From Podarcis erhardii (Eukaryota), in assembly GCA_964252035.1 (NCBI GenBank), contig OZ176204.1: DNA of 64,000 nt; one strand, written 5' to 3'. The first letter of the stretch is position 1, and each line of letters starts with the position of its first letter. The position numbers and the translations under genes were made by a program. This document shows positions 13,465 through 25,456 of this stretch, piece by piece. Below the pieces are notes generated by a model that worked only from the letters and a program-made list of their open reading frames with translations, was not told the DNA's origin and did no database searches.

Positions 13465-13705
13465 GCCCTGCTGGTCCAGGCGAATGGCCTATCTACTCCA
13501 ACATCCTGTTCTCACAGTGACCAACCAGATGCCTGTGGGAAATCTGCAAGCAGGAACCAAGCACAAGAGCACTCTCCTCTCCAGTTTCCATAATTCAGAA
13601 GCATTACTGCCTCCAGCCATGGAGACAGAGCCTACCTGTCGTGGCTACTAGCCATTGACAGCCACAGCCTCAATGAATTTGTTCAATCCTCTTTTAAAGC
13701 CAGGA
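13465..13705 (-). mobile_element. CR1 LINE 3' fragment
   Basis: The reverse complement contains ggctttaaaagaggattgaacaaattcattg (GFKRGL-type RT C-terminus) followed by a CR1-type 3' UTR. Confidence 0.6.
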
Positions 13706-13747
13706 GGTTGCTATCACTGTGTGAGTGAGTCCCATCGTTCAAATATA

Positions 13748-14165
13748 TGTTGATGAGGCCAATTGGTCATCTAGTCCAGCATGCTGTTTCTAAGTGTGAC
13801 CACCCAGTTTCTTCTGGGGCACCTGCAAGCCCAGGCGTCAAGGCCTCAGCTCTTCCCTATTCTTTAAGGTCCCCAAGTGGCAGTGATTCAGGGGCATGTT
13901 GCCTCTAAAGCTGTAAATTCCATTTAGCAGTCCTGGCGAAATAGCTGCTGACTGACTTCCTCCTACTCCTCTGAAATTTCTCTAATCTCCTTTTGAAGCC
14001 CTCTAAGCCAGTGGTCATCACTATGTCCTTTGTGGCAGTCAATTTCCAGTTAATTATGCGTTGGGTGAATAAGAGCTTCCTTTTGTCTGTCCTGAATCTA
14101 CTGCTAATTAGTTTTAATTGTGTGATCTGAGTTCTTGTGTTGTCAGAGAGGGAGGAAATATTCAC
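13748..14165 (-). mobile_element. CR1 LINE 3' fragment
   Basis: ORF 13905-14165 reads TRTQITQLKLISSRFRTDKRKLLFTQRIINW...GLEGFKRRLEKF, matching the CR1 ORF2 C-terminal motif. Confidence 0.8.
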
Positions 14166-14194
14166 TTTCTCCCTACCATTTGCATTTTAAAGGG

Positions 14195-14259
14195 TGGCCG
14201 AACCCCCTTTTAGCATGACCCCCAGGGGTCCCCTCCAACTCTGCAATTCTATGATTCTG
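14195..14259 (+). mobile_element. CR1-type or SINE tail fragment
   Basis: atgacccccaggggtcccctccaactctgcaattctatgattct is the same tail as the tRNA-derived SINEs at 56632 and 60269. Confidence 0.45.
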
Positions 14260-15145
14260 TGTCTCTACTCTGAAGTTGTCCTTCTCTGTACCTTTTTCAG
14301 CTCGACAGTATCATTTTAGAGATGGAGTAACCTGGGCTGTACAGCTTTGCCATCCTGTGAGCTGGATTTCATTTGATTGCCTGGATAAGGGCAGCTTGAG
14401 AAATGCTCTTGCTTTCACATGTGACACAACAAGCACAACTGCTGTGTGTACATTGATGTTATGCTAGTATTTCCATGTAATAAATGAATGTTGCATACCA
14501 TCTGGGTGGGTCTAGGAACTTGGGGCAGGGCTCCCAAATCTATGTCCACATTTTATGTGATGTCCACACTGTGTACATGTCCATCAGTGTACGTCTAATA
14601 GGTGTATTTGCCGCATAAAGGGTAGACGTTCCTAAAGAGGGTGCAACAAGGAAAACCAGAGGTGCTTGAAAAGGCTACAAATTCTGACTTCGGCAGGGTT
14701 TTAATGGGAGGCACGACTGGCTGTGGCTCTTCAGACCATAGCAAGGTGCAGGTTGTGCTGCTTTGTGTTGAGAGATGGTGGCAGGGCTGTCTCGGCACAG
14801 ATGATGGACGACTCTCCAGTCAGATGAGCAGTGGTAGGGTGGGAGGAGATAGACAGATAAGCCGTTTTCAGGAAGGCTTACAATTTGCAGGCTAAGTTTG
14901 GGCTATCTGAAAGTGTTGGCTCTGCACAAGACTTGTTGCATCAGTGGAGTGTAGGTCAGGGAAAGCCAACCTCCTTGTTCTCAGGACTACTCTATTCCCT
15001 GGACTGTACGTTGTCCAGAGCTGGAACAACCTGACCTCATGCCTGTCCAGATTCTGTAGTTAATTTGGTTTTGTAGATGCGGATAGCATGTGATCAGATG
15101 ATACAGGATTATTAATAGGGAATGGGAACTGGGGATGATTCTTTC

Positions 15146-15262
15146 AATAATAATAATAATAAAATTATACCCCGCCCATCTGGCTGGGTTTCCCCAGCCA
15201 CTCTGGGCGGCTCCCAACAGAATATTAAAATAGAATCAAACATTAAAAACTTTCCTAAACAA
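15146..15262 (-). mobile_element. L2 LINE 3' end
   Basis: Reverse complement of the L2 tail seen at 48940-49073 (cccagagtggctgggg..., (AAT)n). Confidence 0.65.
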
Positions 15263-16494
15263 GTGGCAGGTTGGCAGTGAAACAGACGTACACTCATTGC
15301 TTCTTTTTTCTGATGAGTAAAGCTGTGTGGTTTTCTTTCTAACAATGCAGTTCAAAATTTGGTAGCATTATTGGGACCTTATTAAGTTGCTTTGGGGGCC
15401 AGAGGCAGGCTGCCAGTTAGCTATTCCTGGTCTAGGTGATGAGAGGGTCACCAATACTGTTGATTTAAAAAAAAAAAATTGACTCTGTTCCAGAGCCCCC
15501 ACTCCTTAAAATACGTATTGTATTCTTGGGGTTTTTGTTTCCAGACTTCCTGGTACTGAGTCTTGAGCTCTCGGATGCATTGCAGTCACGTCTTTTCTTT
15601 ATCTCCATGATCATCAGGCCTAAAAAGCATTGAAGAGAACCTGAGACCCCCTTTGTTTCAGCAACTGTGACTGTAAGGAAGCACTGGAATCAGCAAATGT
15701 CAGCAGCCCTAAGATAATAAATGTCCCCAGATTCACTTTGCCATCTTGATGTTGGAATGTGGCTGGCGTGAGAGCAAGCCCAGTAGACTTTCAATCCTAA
15801 AAGCCGCCGTTATGTTTTTAGGTGTGGAACTCTGCCTTTCTTCTTTCAGCCCTCCCATCTTCACTTTTCTGGGGCTCTTATGGCCTCTTCGGTTAAATGT
15901 TTGGGTTTCTGCAAGACTGCCTCCTCTCTGCAGGGTGCCCGGTTCTGTGTCTGCCACCCAAATGGTTTTTGTAACGTGGTTATGAGCAGGGCTTTTGTGT
16001 GGCGTTGCCCCTACTTAGCAGTAGCAGGCTTTGTTGCCGTGAGAGACCCCCAGAGCACCCAGTTAGCTGAGCACAGCTCCTTATTCACAGTGGGTGTGGC
16101 TGTTCGGAAAGAAATAGATTATATTTTGTGCTGAAAAATGACTCCTCTGGGCTGAAGCTGTCTTAATGATACGTTCTTTTCTCACCGAGTCAATAAAGAT
16201 GAAGGGGACTATTCTGCAGGTGAAATTAGCTTATTGGAGAATGGAAAAGATCCAAGAGCTCTGCCTGCTTCTTGGTGAGGAAATGGATTGGTCTCTTTGC
16301 TAGACTCCTTACAGTCTGTGTAAAAAGTTTGCCCCCGGGTGCAGGGGATAATGTTTTAGCAGCTTGACTACCTGCACCCGTGCTAACTTGTGCTGCATGA
16401 AAACCATTTTGTTCACCATCTAGGGAATCCTCGCTGTCCTTCTAGTTTTCTGAAGAGTTGGTTAGGCTGCAGATCAGGCATGAGGACACTGTGA

Positions 16495-16590
16495 CCTTCC
16501 AGATGTTGTTAGTCTCCGATCAGCCCCAGATGGCATGGCTGGTGGTCAGGGATGATTGGAGTTGTAGTCCAGCAGCATCTGGAGGGCTCC
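16495..16590. mobile_element. degenerate hAT-type MITE with ACTACA inverted repeat
   Basis: Inverted ends ccttccagatgttg / cagcatctggaggg, with ttggagttgtagt at 16556-16568. Confidence 0.5.
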
Positions 16591-16771
16591 ATCTCTGCTT
16601 TAGAGTGAAGGTCCTGTGCAACTCAGGAGACAGCAGAAAAGGACTGTGTCCACCATCTTTGTCACTGTGGCTACTAGCAGTTTGATCCGACACCTGTCCC
16701 ACAAAAACTTGAGCACAAGTTGCCTTCAAGTGTAGAGCAGGCACCTTGCCCTGTGAATGCTCTCTTGGTTC

Positions 16772-16928
16772 TAGGGCTGGACAATATCTGGTTTTCAATA
16801 TTACAATATATCACCAGCTAAATATCACGGTATACCGATATAGCACTGATATATGTGTCTGAAATAAGGCGGGAGCTCTGGCTTTTCCCTGCATCGTGAT
16901 TTTTGCATAGTGCGCGTGTGTGCGTGCG

Positions 16929-16962
<34 letters not shown>

Positions 16963-17077
16963 ATATGATGATTTGCAATATATTGCCAGGTCAAAAATTA
17001 TGAAACTGATATCACGATATGGACTTCAAACTGGTTTGGGAAGATCTATCTATCTATCTATCTATCACCCAGCCCTA
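16772..17077. mobile_element. hAT (Ac-like) MITE
   Basis: TIRs TAGGGCTGGACAATA / TATCACCCAGCCCTA. 8-bp TSD cttggttc/cttagttc (7/8). Contains internal (GC/GT/CA)n and (TCTA)n repeats. Confidence 0.85.
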
Positions 17078-20000
17078 CTTAGTTCCCACCTAAGGTTGAG
17101 TCAGCAGACAGTGAAGACAACTGGGAGCAGGCGAAATAAGAGCCTCGTGCTGCATTCTGGGTAGAACAGGTTGCCCCAAATCCAGGGCACTGCATTTCAA
17201 CCATGGAAGAATCTCGCTGGAGTAGAGACTGGCGTTGAAGCAGATTGAACTGCAGGCAGATGGAAGGTGCGGCATGAATGATCCGGCCGCCATGCCTGCA
17301 TTTTCATTTGGGGGTGTTTGCTTCCATTGCCCTGTCTGAGGCTTCTGCGTGGCTCTCTGGCGGCGTTCCTGCCCCTCCAGGCTCTGGGCTGTACATACCG
17401 TCTGCTTGGCTGGGGAGGGATCTGTTTTCAGTTCAAATCAGCAGAGGGGAGAAGAAAGGGGAGGGAGAAGCAGGGGCGGGGAAGGTGAGCGGAGCCTAAT
17501 GCACCGGAGGTGCCTCGGAAATGAGAACCTTGGATGAATTCCTGGCCCTATTGATTGGTATACAGTTTATGCATCCTGACATTCATAATCTTGGTCTGCT
17601 TCTGATGGTCCAGATTAATGGGCCCAGGGGCTGTCCATCCGTCACTTCCCATTAATTACTAGAGAGGTGTTTTTCCAGTGATTTACCTGACAGTGGGCCA
17701 TGATGAATACCCCTAAACGGAGTGGGCAGTGATTAATCTTGTGGCCACACCCTTCCCCAACTCTTCCTTTCCCCCACAACCACAGGACAGACCCCCGAGC
17801 CATCCGTCTCCATAAATGTGGCCTGATGCATATTTATAGGGGCCTGGGGCCTGGCAGATAGCAGCCTTGCTGTTTGTGCCAAAGCTTATGAAAAATAAAT
17901 CTCTCTGGCAAGAGGGGGGCCGCAAGTACCTGGGGCCTCAGGGTGGCGGTTAGCCTTGAAGGCTGTGTGGTCTGGGGTTTGAGGAAAGGGTCAAGGGGGC
18001 TTGAGCGAGAGGAAGAGAACGTGGCCTAGCAGCCGTCAATAGGTCTGAGAGCCAGGATTCCTGGACTGCGCTCCTGCCGTTGAGAAAGAAGTAGTCACCG
18101 TTGGTGATTAGAGCAGCGATGCAGGGCTCGCGGAGGGCAGTATGGCCTAGTGGGCTCGGGGAGGGAGACTGTATGCCGCACACTTGCTCCTGACCCTAGA
18201 TCAGCTGAAATGGAAGCCCTACAAGCCTGGATTTCCAAGTGTGTTTCACAGACCTGTTCCTAATTGGCTGCATGTGTGAACTTGGCCAGTCGTGTAGTTT
18301 TCCCACTTGCAGAATGCACGTGAGACCCTTGACCAAAGTGGCATGAGGCTGAGTGCCTGTTTTCAGTGTGGCTTGTGCTATCTGCGAGTGTAGAAACTGC
18401 ATTGTGCTCCCAAAGGGACAAGTTGTCCTGGTAGGAGGAAAGCCTGTGCATTTTGGGTTTACATTTCTGAAACACTGAGCATGTGGGGTGCTGGTTGGTC
18501 TTTGATAGAGGCAGGGGACCTGGGGATTCTGTCTCTACCTGCTCTGTCTAAGCAAGCACAGAAGGGCCAGTGCATCACTGGCTCATCATTTTACTGATCC
18601 TGAGTTGGTAACATCAAGTGGTGTTCTAGTTGGTGAGTGGCAAGTGAGTAAAAATGTGGGGTTCCTTGCACTACATGTTAGGTTTATTTCTAGCACTTCT
18701 GCATGCTTCTGATCCTCTCTGTATCTTTTGAAGCTTAGGGTTGGTGGCAGCTGGGCTGACTAAGGTCAAACCTAGACATTCACCTCCATAAGTACAAGGG
18801 CACTTCTTCCTCTTGCTAGTCCTAATATCCAGCTTTCTCCATCAGCTCATTTATCCCTTACTAGCGTAACTCATCTTTCCTGCAGTCGTTAGACCCCTCA
18901 TGCACATGTAAGATGGGCTTGGCGTGGCAGCAGTCATTCCCATAAGCCTCATAGTCTGGTGGGCTTCTCTTATCTGAAGTAAGAGAAGAGATGGGGCGTG
19001 AATCTCCTTAGTTGTCGCTTGAGTGTGTCTGTTGAGGTGGGGGGTTGGGTGTCACCATACATTAAACGGGGCAGGTTCAGCATATAGGCTTCACAGGAAG
19101 GTGTGCGGAGGTGACTAGATAGTGTCAGTAGGAAGGGGAAGATAGCACAAAGCCGATCTTGTTGCAGACATGTGATATGTTCACGGCAACATCTTTTGCT
19201 GCTGCTTTATTAATGTGAGGACCTTAATTTAATACAGCACACGCTATATATTTTCAGAAGTTTAGCTAACAGGCGATACAACGTGTTTAGCATATTCTGT
19301 AGATCTCTGGTTTGCAGAAGCTTAAATCTGTCCCTTAGGTGCTTGGCGGTTTAGGATTTATATGCTGCACTTATTGCATATCCATGGGAATGCAATTGCA
19401 AGGAGGAGATGGCACACCACAGCCCCCTCCCCTTGCCATTAGGGGTGGGGGAAGAGTGTACAAAGCAACACTCTGGCCTTCTTATCTAAGCACTGGAGAC
19501 TTTGATGAGTGTCTGTATCATTTCCGCCTGGAGGCAGCAAGATTGGGACTTAGCTGGGGTTTGGTGTTGTTTTGCATTAGGAAGCAGGACGGTCTGCTTC
19601 CTGGATCAGCTGAAAGCCTAGGTTCCCGTCCAGATGGATGCAAGCAAATGGGTCATCACAGACGCTTTAAATTTCACCCAAATCTCTGGGTGTTCAAAGT
19701 TTGCACGCAACCTTGGTGGCTTGGACTCCTCATGTTGTTATTTATTTCCCCCTAACAGTTCTGGATCCAGAATTTGGGAGATCTTTGGGCAAGACTACTT
19801 GGCCAGAATATCTGTCCACCTACCCCAGCAACTGTCTGCACTGAGTGATAATAGCTCTCCAGGGTCTCAGACAGAGGTCTTTCTCACCATCTGCTGCCTT
19901 ATCCTTTTTTAAAAGGATGCCAGGGATGGGACTAGATATCTTCTGCATGTAATGCATGTGCGCTGCCACTGAGCATTGGTTTTTCAGCTTGTTCTCCTAG

Positions 20001-20094
20001 ATATAACACAGGACCTCTCATTCCCTGAGCAAGAATAATACCTCTAGATTTTACCTGCCTTTAATACCTCTAGATCAGAGGGAGGCAACATGAT

Positions 20095-20185
20095 GCCCTC
20101 CAGGTGCTGATGGACTAGCCAGCAGGCCAGTGATCAAGAATGATGGGAATTGTAGTCCAGTAACATATGCAGAGCAGCATAGTGG
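20095..20185. mobile_element. degenerate hAT-type MITE with ACTACA motif
   Basis: tgggaattgtagt 20144-20156 (reverse complement ACTACAATTCCCA) with a remnant inverted arm ccctccaggtgctgatggact. Confidence 0.5.
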
Positions 20186-21140
20186 GTACCTCTGCTATAG
20201 AGACCTCTGCTCGCTGGATTCTTTCACACGGCTTCTGTACTTTCTGCTGCTCTGTGCAAAATAAGAATGGCCACGTTCTTAGGCAATGGGCATTTTGCAT
20301 TTCTTGGGATCGCAGCGAAAATCTTACCTTGTTACCTTCTGGGGTTAACCTTGCTTCCGAACATTAATTGCTCAGAAATGCGTCCTATCTTACTAATTGG
20401 ATAAGAACAGCTTTCCCCCCTGTGTGTTAATCTGTCTTGCCAGCTAATGCCCAGTTTATTAAAAGTGAGATGAAGTTAGTATCTGGACTTCACCTTATTA
20501 GGGGACCTAGCTGTGGATTTGGCTTGTTAATTTGAGGGGAGACGTATGGAAGAGATGGCTTGGCTTGACTAATCTTGATAGTGGATCTCCACCCCCACCC
20601 AAAAGATAGAGAAGGCCATTGCCAATTCTGTGGGGCATGGATTAGGAAGTCTGAGCGTAAAAGAAAGGCCTGGAGCAGGAGTTCCATAGATCATCCATGG
20701 TCTATGAACTCCATTCAGGTGGACCATGGTGTGTCTGTGGCTTTTGGATTGAATACAGGAAATGTCACATCCTCAAATTAAATATGTTGATTTTAAGTGT
20801 ATTTTAATTATCTTTTATTTCTTATATTGTATTTTATTATAGTGCAGTTTTAATTCTGTGGAATTAAAATTGTAATACCATAAAATGCAATGCCGTAGTA
20901 ATAAAAGAAGCAATTAAAAGCATACTTAAAAAGCAGACAGCAACTAGCACATCAACTGCTATGACAGGCCAAAAAAACAAACAAACCCATTAAGTGGTTC
21001 TGCAAGACCCTCAGCAGTTTTCAAGTGGTCCATGGGGGTGTGTGGATGGTTTGGGAACCATTGGTCCGTCTGACCCCCATCCCTACCCTGCCCCAGCTGA
21101 GAGACTGGAAGGTACCTGTTGCAAGTGTAGGCTAAAACGA

Positions 21141-21757
21141 CCATATTTTTCGCCCTATAGGACGCACTTTTTCCCCTCCAAAAATGAAGGGGAAATGTGT
21201 GTATGTCCTATGGGGCGAATGCAGGCTTTCGCTGAAGCCTGGAGAGCGAGAGGCGTTGGTGCGCACTGACACCTCTCGCTCTCCAGGCTCCAGGAAGCTA
21301 TCCGCAAGCCTTGCGCGCCCAGGGGGAGTCCCCCTGGGCGCGCAAGGCTTGCGGGCGGCAGCCTGCAGCGCGGCGCACGGGGCGCCCTCCGGAGGACGCT
21401 CCATCCTTTGCGCAGGTGTCCACAAGCCTTGCGCACCCGGGGGAACTCCCCCCCCGGGAGCGCAAGGCTTGTGGGCGGCAGTCTGCAGTCTGGAGCACGG
21501 GGCGCCCTCCGGAGGGCGCCCCGTGCTTCGCGCAGGTGTCTGGAAGCCATGCAAGCCCGGCGGGAGTTGCCGCCGGGCTCGCAAGGCTTGCGGATGGCAG
21601 CCTGTTCTGGGGGCTGGGGTCGGGGGAAGCTTGGGCTTCCCTCGCCCCAGCCCCGTGGCTGGGGGGGGGGGAAATAATTTTTTTTTATTCATTTCCCCCC
21701 CCCAAAAAACGAGGTGCGTCCTATGGGCCAGTGCGTCCTATAGGGCGAAAAATACGG
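21141..21757. mobile_element. Tc1/mariner-superfamily MITE (Tc2-like TIR) with internal GC-rich palindromic array
   Basis: 27-bp TIRs CCATATTTTTCGCCCTATAGGACGCAC / GTGCGTCCTATAGGGCGAAAAATACGG (1 mismatch). TA follows the right end. Internal repeat with a 120-bp period. Confidence 0.9.
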
Positions 21758-22593
21758 TACATTATTGTTATTTTGACTTGTTTTGCTTGTTCAGTCCTGT
21801 ACTTAACACTGTCCAGTATACATGGATAAGTTGGACATGGAAACAATCAAATTGAGAGGAGGCTCTGGCATTTTAAAGGCAGCAATCTCTTTTCTAGCTT
21901 TCATGCACTTTGAAGTGCTCTGAGTCAACGACAAGCACTGCTGTGGTTCTCTGTGCCGGATTGAGGCAAAGCCGATAAAAGCCTTAGAGCAGCTTGGTTA
22001 GGGCTTGAAGCATCTGGGGTCAGGATGCTGATGTGCAGGTGGGAGCTTGCTTCTACCAGTTTCTTGGAAATAGCAAGGTAGCTGTAGGTCCAGCATATGA
22101 AAAGGCCATGTAACATTAGCTCTCTCCCACATCCAGTGCAAAGTCACCGTGACTTCCTGGGACACGGTTGCCCTGCTTTCTAGAGAGCTGTTTCTGAAAG
22201 TGTTTAGGGGGAGAGTGGAAGCCACAAAGAGGGCTGGGTGCCATTAAATCCTAGTGCAAGGCACATAAGAGATGCATGGGTAGTTCCTTGATACAAAAGA
22301 ATAATCAAAATACAGAGTAATGGAGGGTATATAGAGCTTTTTTGGCAGAATGTTTGATTCCAGGTGTAGCTCTGTTTAAGGAAATAACAAATCAATAGAG
22401 CCCCCTCGGTTTTAGAAGTTCAACACTGTTATGAAATTACTGGTGCTTGGAGCATGTTTTTAGTCCTCATGGTTGCAAAGAGAAGTTTGGAAACATGTTG
22501 GCAAAGATTGTAGAGGGGAGAGGCTACACAAGGTTGTCAAATGTCAGTGGATAGTATTTCAGCTCTCCCTTCCTGCTCTATAACTGGCTACAT

Positions 22594-22900
22594 CAGTGGT
22601 TCTCAAAGAGTGTGGCAGGAGAGGATCACAAGTGTCGTGGATAAACCCAAGGACAATCAAAGAAACATTAAACATTTCAATGTTACATAGTATAGTACAA
22701 GTATAATATCGAAATAATATTTTTTATTTGAAGAATATAGATAGATATCTTTTCCAAATGAGAGCAGGAGCCTCAAGTGATACTAATGACATTCCTAGTT
22801 GTGTTTTCCAGCGTATTTCTTGTTTTCAAAAATTTGGCACGGCACGAGCAAATTTTTGTTATTAAAGTGTGAACCAGAGAAAAAACTTTGAGACCCTCTG
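22594..22900. mobile_element. hAT (Charlie-like) MITE
   Basis: TIRs CAGTGGTTCTCAAAG / CTTTGAGACCCTCTG. 8-bp TSD ggctacat/ggctgcat (7/8). Confidence 0.8.
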
Positions 22901-23329
22901 GGCTGCATCCCAATTCCCAACTTCTGTCTTTGTGCCTTTTTGCCTTACATGCCTCAACCCTTGCCAACTCCTGTACCATTTTTCTTCTAAGTTAAAAGAG
23001 ATCTGGAACAATCACTGAAAATTTGAATCATGAAAGCAAAATAAAGTAAGACAAAACAGCTGTACCCTGTGCTTAGAATGCAGCCATGGTTATGAGGCTA
23101 TTGTAACTGTGCACAAATCCACCCGTCCTTTGGCCAGGAAATGAGTTACTGATCTAGTTCCACCTCTGCCTTCCCCTGGCTGTAGACTATTTCTGCTCTG
23201 TAAAAGGCAGATTGTGCTGCTGTTTCCAGGTTATCCTCCCCTCCCTGCTTCCCCAAACACCTATGTAGGGCTACATTGCTCTGCTCACTCGACTGATTTC
23301 TTTCCTCTCTTACAGATCTTGGCAGCACT

Positions 23330-25090
23330 ATGCAGCCAGATACGGAGAGGACTCGGATACGGCCCAAGAAGCCAGACAAGGCCCTGTACGTCCCCAGAGC
23401 TCTACGCGAGACGGCCGGCTCAAAAACTAGCACCTCATTAGCCACCAGACTCGGGAGTGAGGGGAGCCTCTCCTGCTCCTCAGGGAAGGAGATCACCAAA
23501 GGATGTGAGGGAAGGCTGAGTCCCAGAGCTGGGAGAGGCCTGTTTCACGAGGACCGGGATGGAGTGGATGCGCCCAGAGAACCAAGAGGAACCTCATCCC
23601 AAGGTGGGAGCTATAGCAGTGCCTTCTGCACAAGGCCAAAGGCTCGGAAAGGGTCCCAGCAGAAGGCTGAGTCACACAGACTGCCCGCTTCCTCCAGCTT
23701 CCTAGCCACAACTCCCTCTGCACTGCCCAGCCGTCCCGCAGAGTCCTGCACTGCCCTCTCTCATACTAATCTATTGTGGAGGATGGCCGAGCTCCGGCTT
23801 CAGCCAAGGCGTAACGAGGTAGACTGCTCTTGGGAGGAGCAGCACGTGTGTCCGTCAGCAGAGCAGGACGCTATCTCTTTGCAAAGGACTCCCCACACTG
23901 GCGTGAGCAAGCAGGCAGGAACACTCCTCACAGACCAGGTAGGGCTGAGTGAAGGGGGTGTGCAGACATCCAGCAGCGAGAGGCTCTCGGATGAGGGAGA
24001 GGTGGGTGATGGTGGCCTGTTGGCCAGCAGGGAAAGCACAATGGCGCCCGCGAGCCAAGGTGACTCAGAACCAGCTGGAGTAAGTGAGGGTGATGTGTCT
24101 GGAAGTTTAGCTGAGGGGGTTCCAGGTGGCCCAGGGGCACATGAGGATTGCCTCTTGGCATGTGCAGGTGAGGGAGTGTCTGATCCAACAGATGCAGGCA
24201 AGGGAAACACGTTGGTTTGCCCTGAGACAGTTGAGCCTGGTGGACGTGAAGGCACCGATAAGAGCAACTCCAATCCGACAGAGATGAGTGACAGTAGCAT
24301 GTTAGACTATACGGCCAATAAAGTTCCAGATCAGACAGAACCAAAGGAAGGCAGTGGCATCAAAGACGCAAACGGGAGCGTCGCTGCTCGGGCAGAAGCC
24401 AACAAGCAGAGCACACTAGAGCATGGCGAGGAGAATGAGAGTAGCATTCCCAGTCATGCAGTTGAACACATGTCTGATCAGATTGGAGTGAGCTTTGATA
24501 ATGTGTCTGGAAACAGGGATGAGAGCCCTTTAATTGAGGCAGGTGGTTCAGGGGTGGGTGCAGGCTGTAACTGTTCAGATAGTGACTATGGGACAAGAGA
24601 TTGTCACCCCAGTTGTGTCTTGGAGGATGAAGTGGGGCAAAGGTGTGGCAGGGAACACGAGGAGGGAGGCAGCATTTCCCATCACACCTGTCGGTGCAAA
24701 GGCGATGTCTCTGGGGCCGAGGCTGCACCGGCAACAGGAGAAGCGACGTTGGGCATGGGAGAGCAAAGCGCTGAAGGAAGGGAGGCTGCTGGCCAGTCAC
24801 TGGGATGTGCCTCAAAGAAGGCGGCGTGCAGCGCAGAGAGAGTCATGGAGAGAGCAGGAGCTCTCTCAGGGAATGCCTCAGTGCAAAAGCCAAGCCATGG
24901 GGATGTGGGCATGAGGTGGTGTCATCCGTCTGAAGCCAAGGCAGGCGAAGAAGCTGGATGGAGCGAGGAGCCTGCTGGAACCAGCATTGATCCGGCAACC
25001 GGCAATGAGGCTGACAGCGTGGCAGATGAGAGCTGGGATGCTCTGTTTAATGACGATGGTGACTGCCTGGATCCGCATTTACTGGCGGGG
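23330..25090 (+). CDS. R3HCC1L: R3HCC1L first coding exon (large, disordered, Ser/Glu/Gly-rich)
   Basis: Acceptor tacag|at (exon starts 23316). ATG at 23330 gives MQPDTERTRIRPKKPDKALYVPRA, like the orthologue N-terminus RPDMALYVPKARR. Ends ESWDALFNDDGDCLDPHLLAG at donor GGG|gtgagt 25091, phase 0. Confidence 0.92.
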
Positions 25091-25406
25091 GTGAGTACTC
25101 TCTGTGGACTTTTCCTGGAGCTGGGTGTCATGAGACATGGTGGCGGGAGATGGTTGCATGCTGGGGAGCACGTGACACAGCCGGTTTACGGAGAATGCAT
25201 TTTTAGTTTTGAGGTCCTGCATGGCTGGCTGAGCTGGTGTGCCTGCAATGCCTTTATTCTGTAGCTTTGTGCTTTGTTTCTCGCCTTCTCTTTCTCTTTC
25301 AATCTCAATATTTATCTGATGCCCTTTCCCAGAAGGTCATACCATAAGCAAGAGATTTCAAATTTTCTGTTGGAAACTCCAAGCCTCTATTCTTGGAGTA
25401 AACTGA

Positions 25407-25411
<5 letters not shown>

Positions 25412-25455
<44 letters not shown>
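25412..25455. repeat. (CA)n microsatellite
   Basis: Uninterrupted AC run of about 44 nt. Confidence 0.95.

Positions 25456-25456
<1 letters not shown>

Noticed and set aside
21290-21600. Palindromic repeats resembling a CRISPR array (also 37080-37400)
   Set aside because: There are no unique spacers or cas genes, the context is eukaryotic, and the repeats are enclosed by transposon TIRs.
21132-21855. Overlapping 130-223 aa ORFs on both strands
   Set aside because: They result from the stop-poor GC-rich palindromic array inside a MITE. No transposase motif is present.
25091-25264. Extension of the 644-aa ORF beyond 25090
   Set aside because: A strong donor (gtgagt) at 25091 is in phase with the next exon, and similarity to the orthologue stops there. 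This is intronic read-through.
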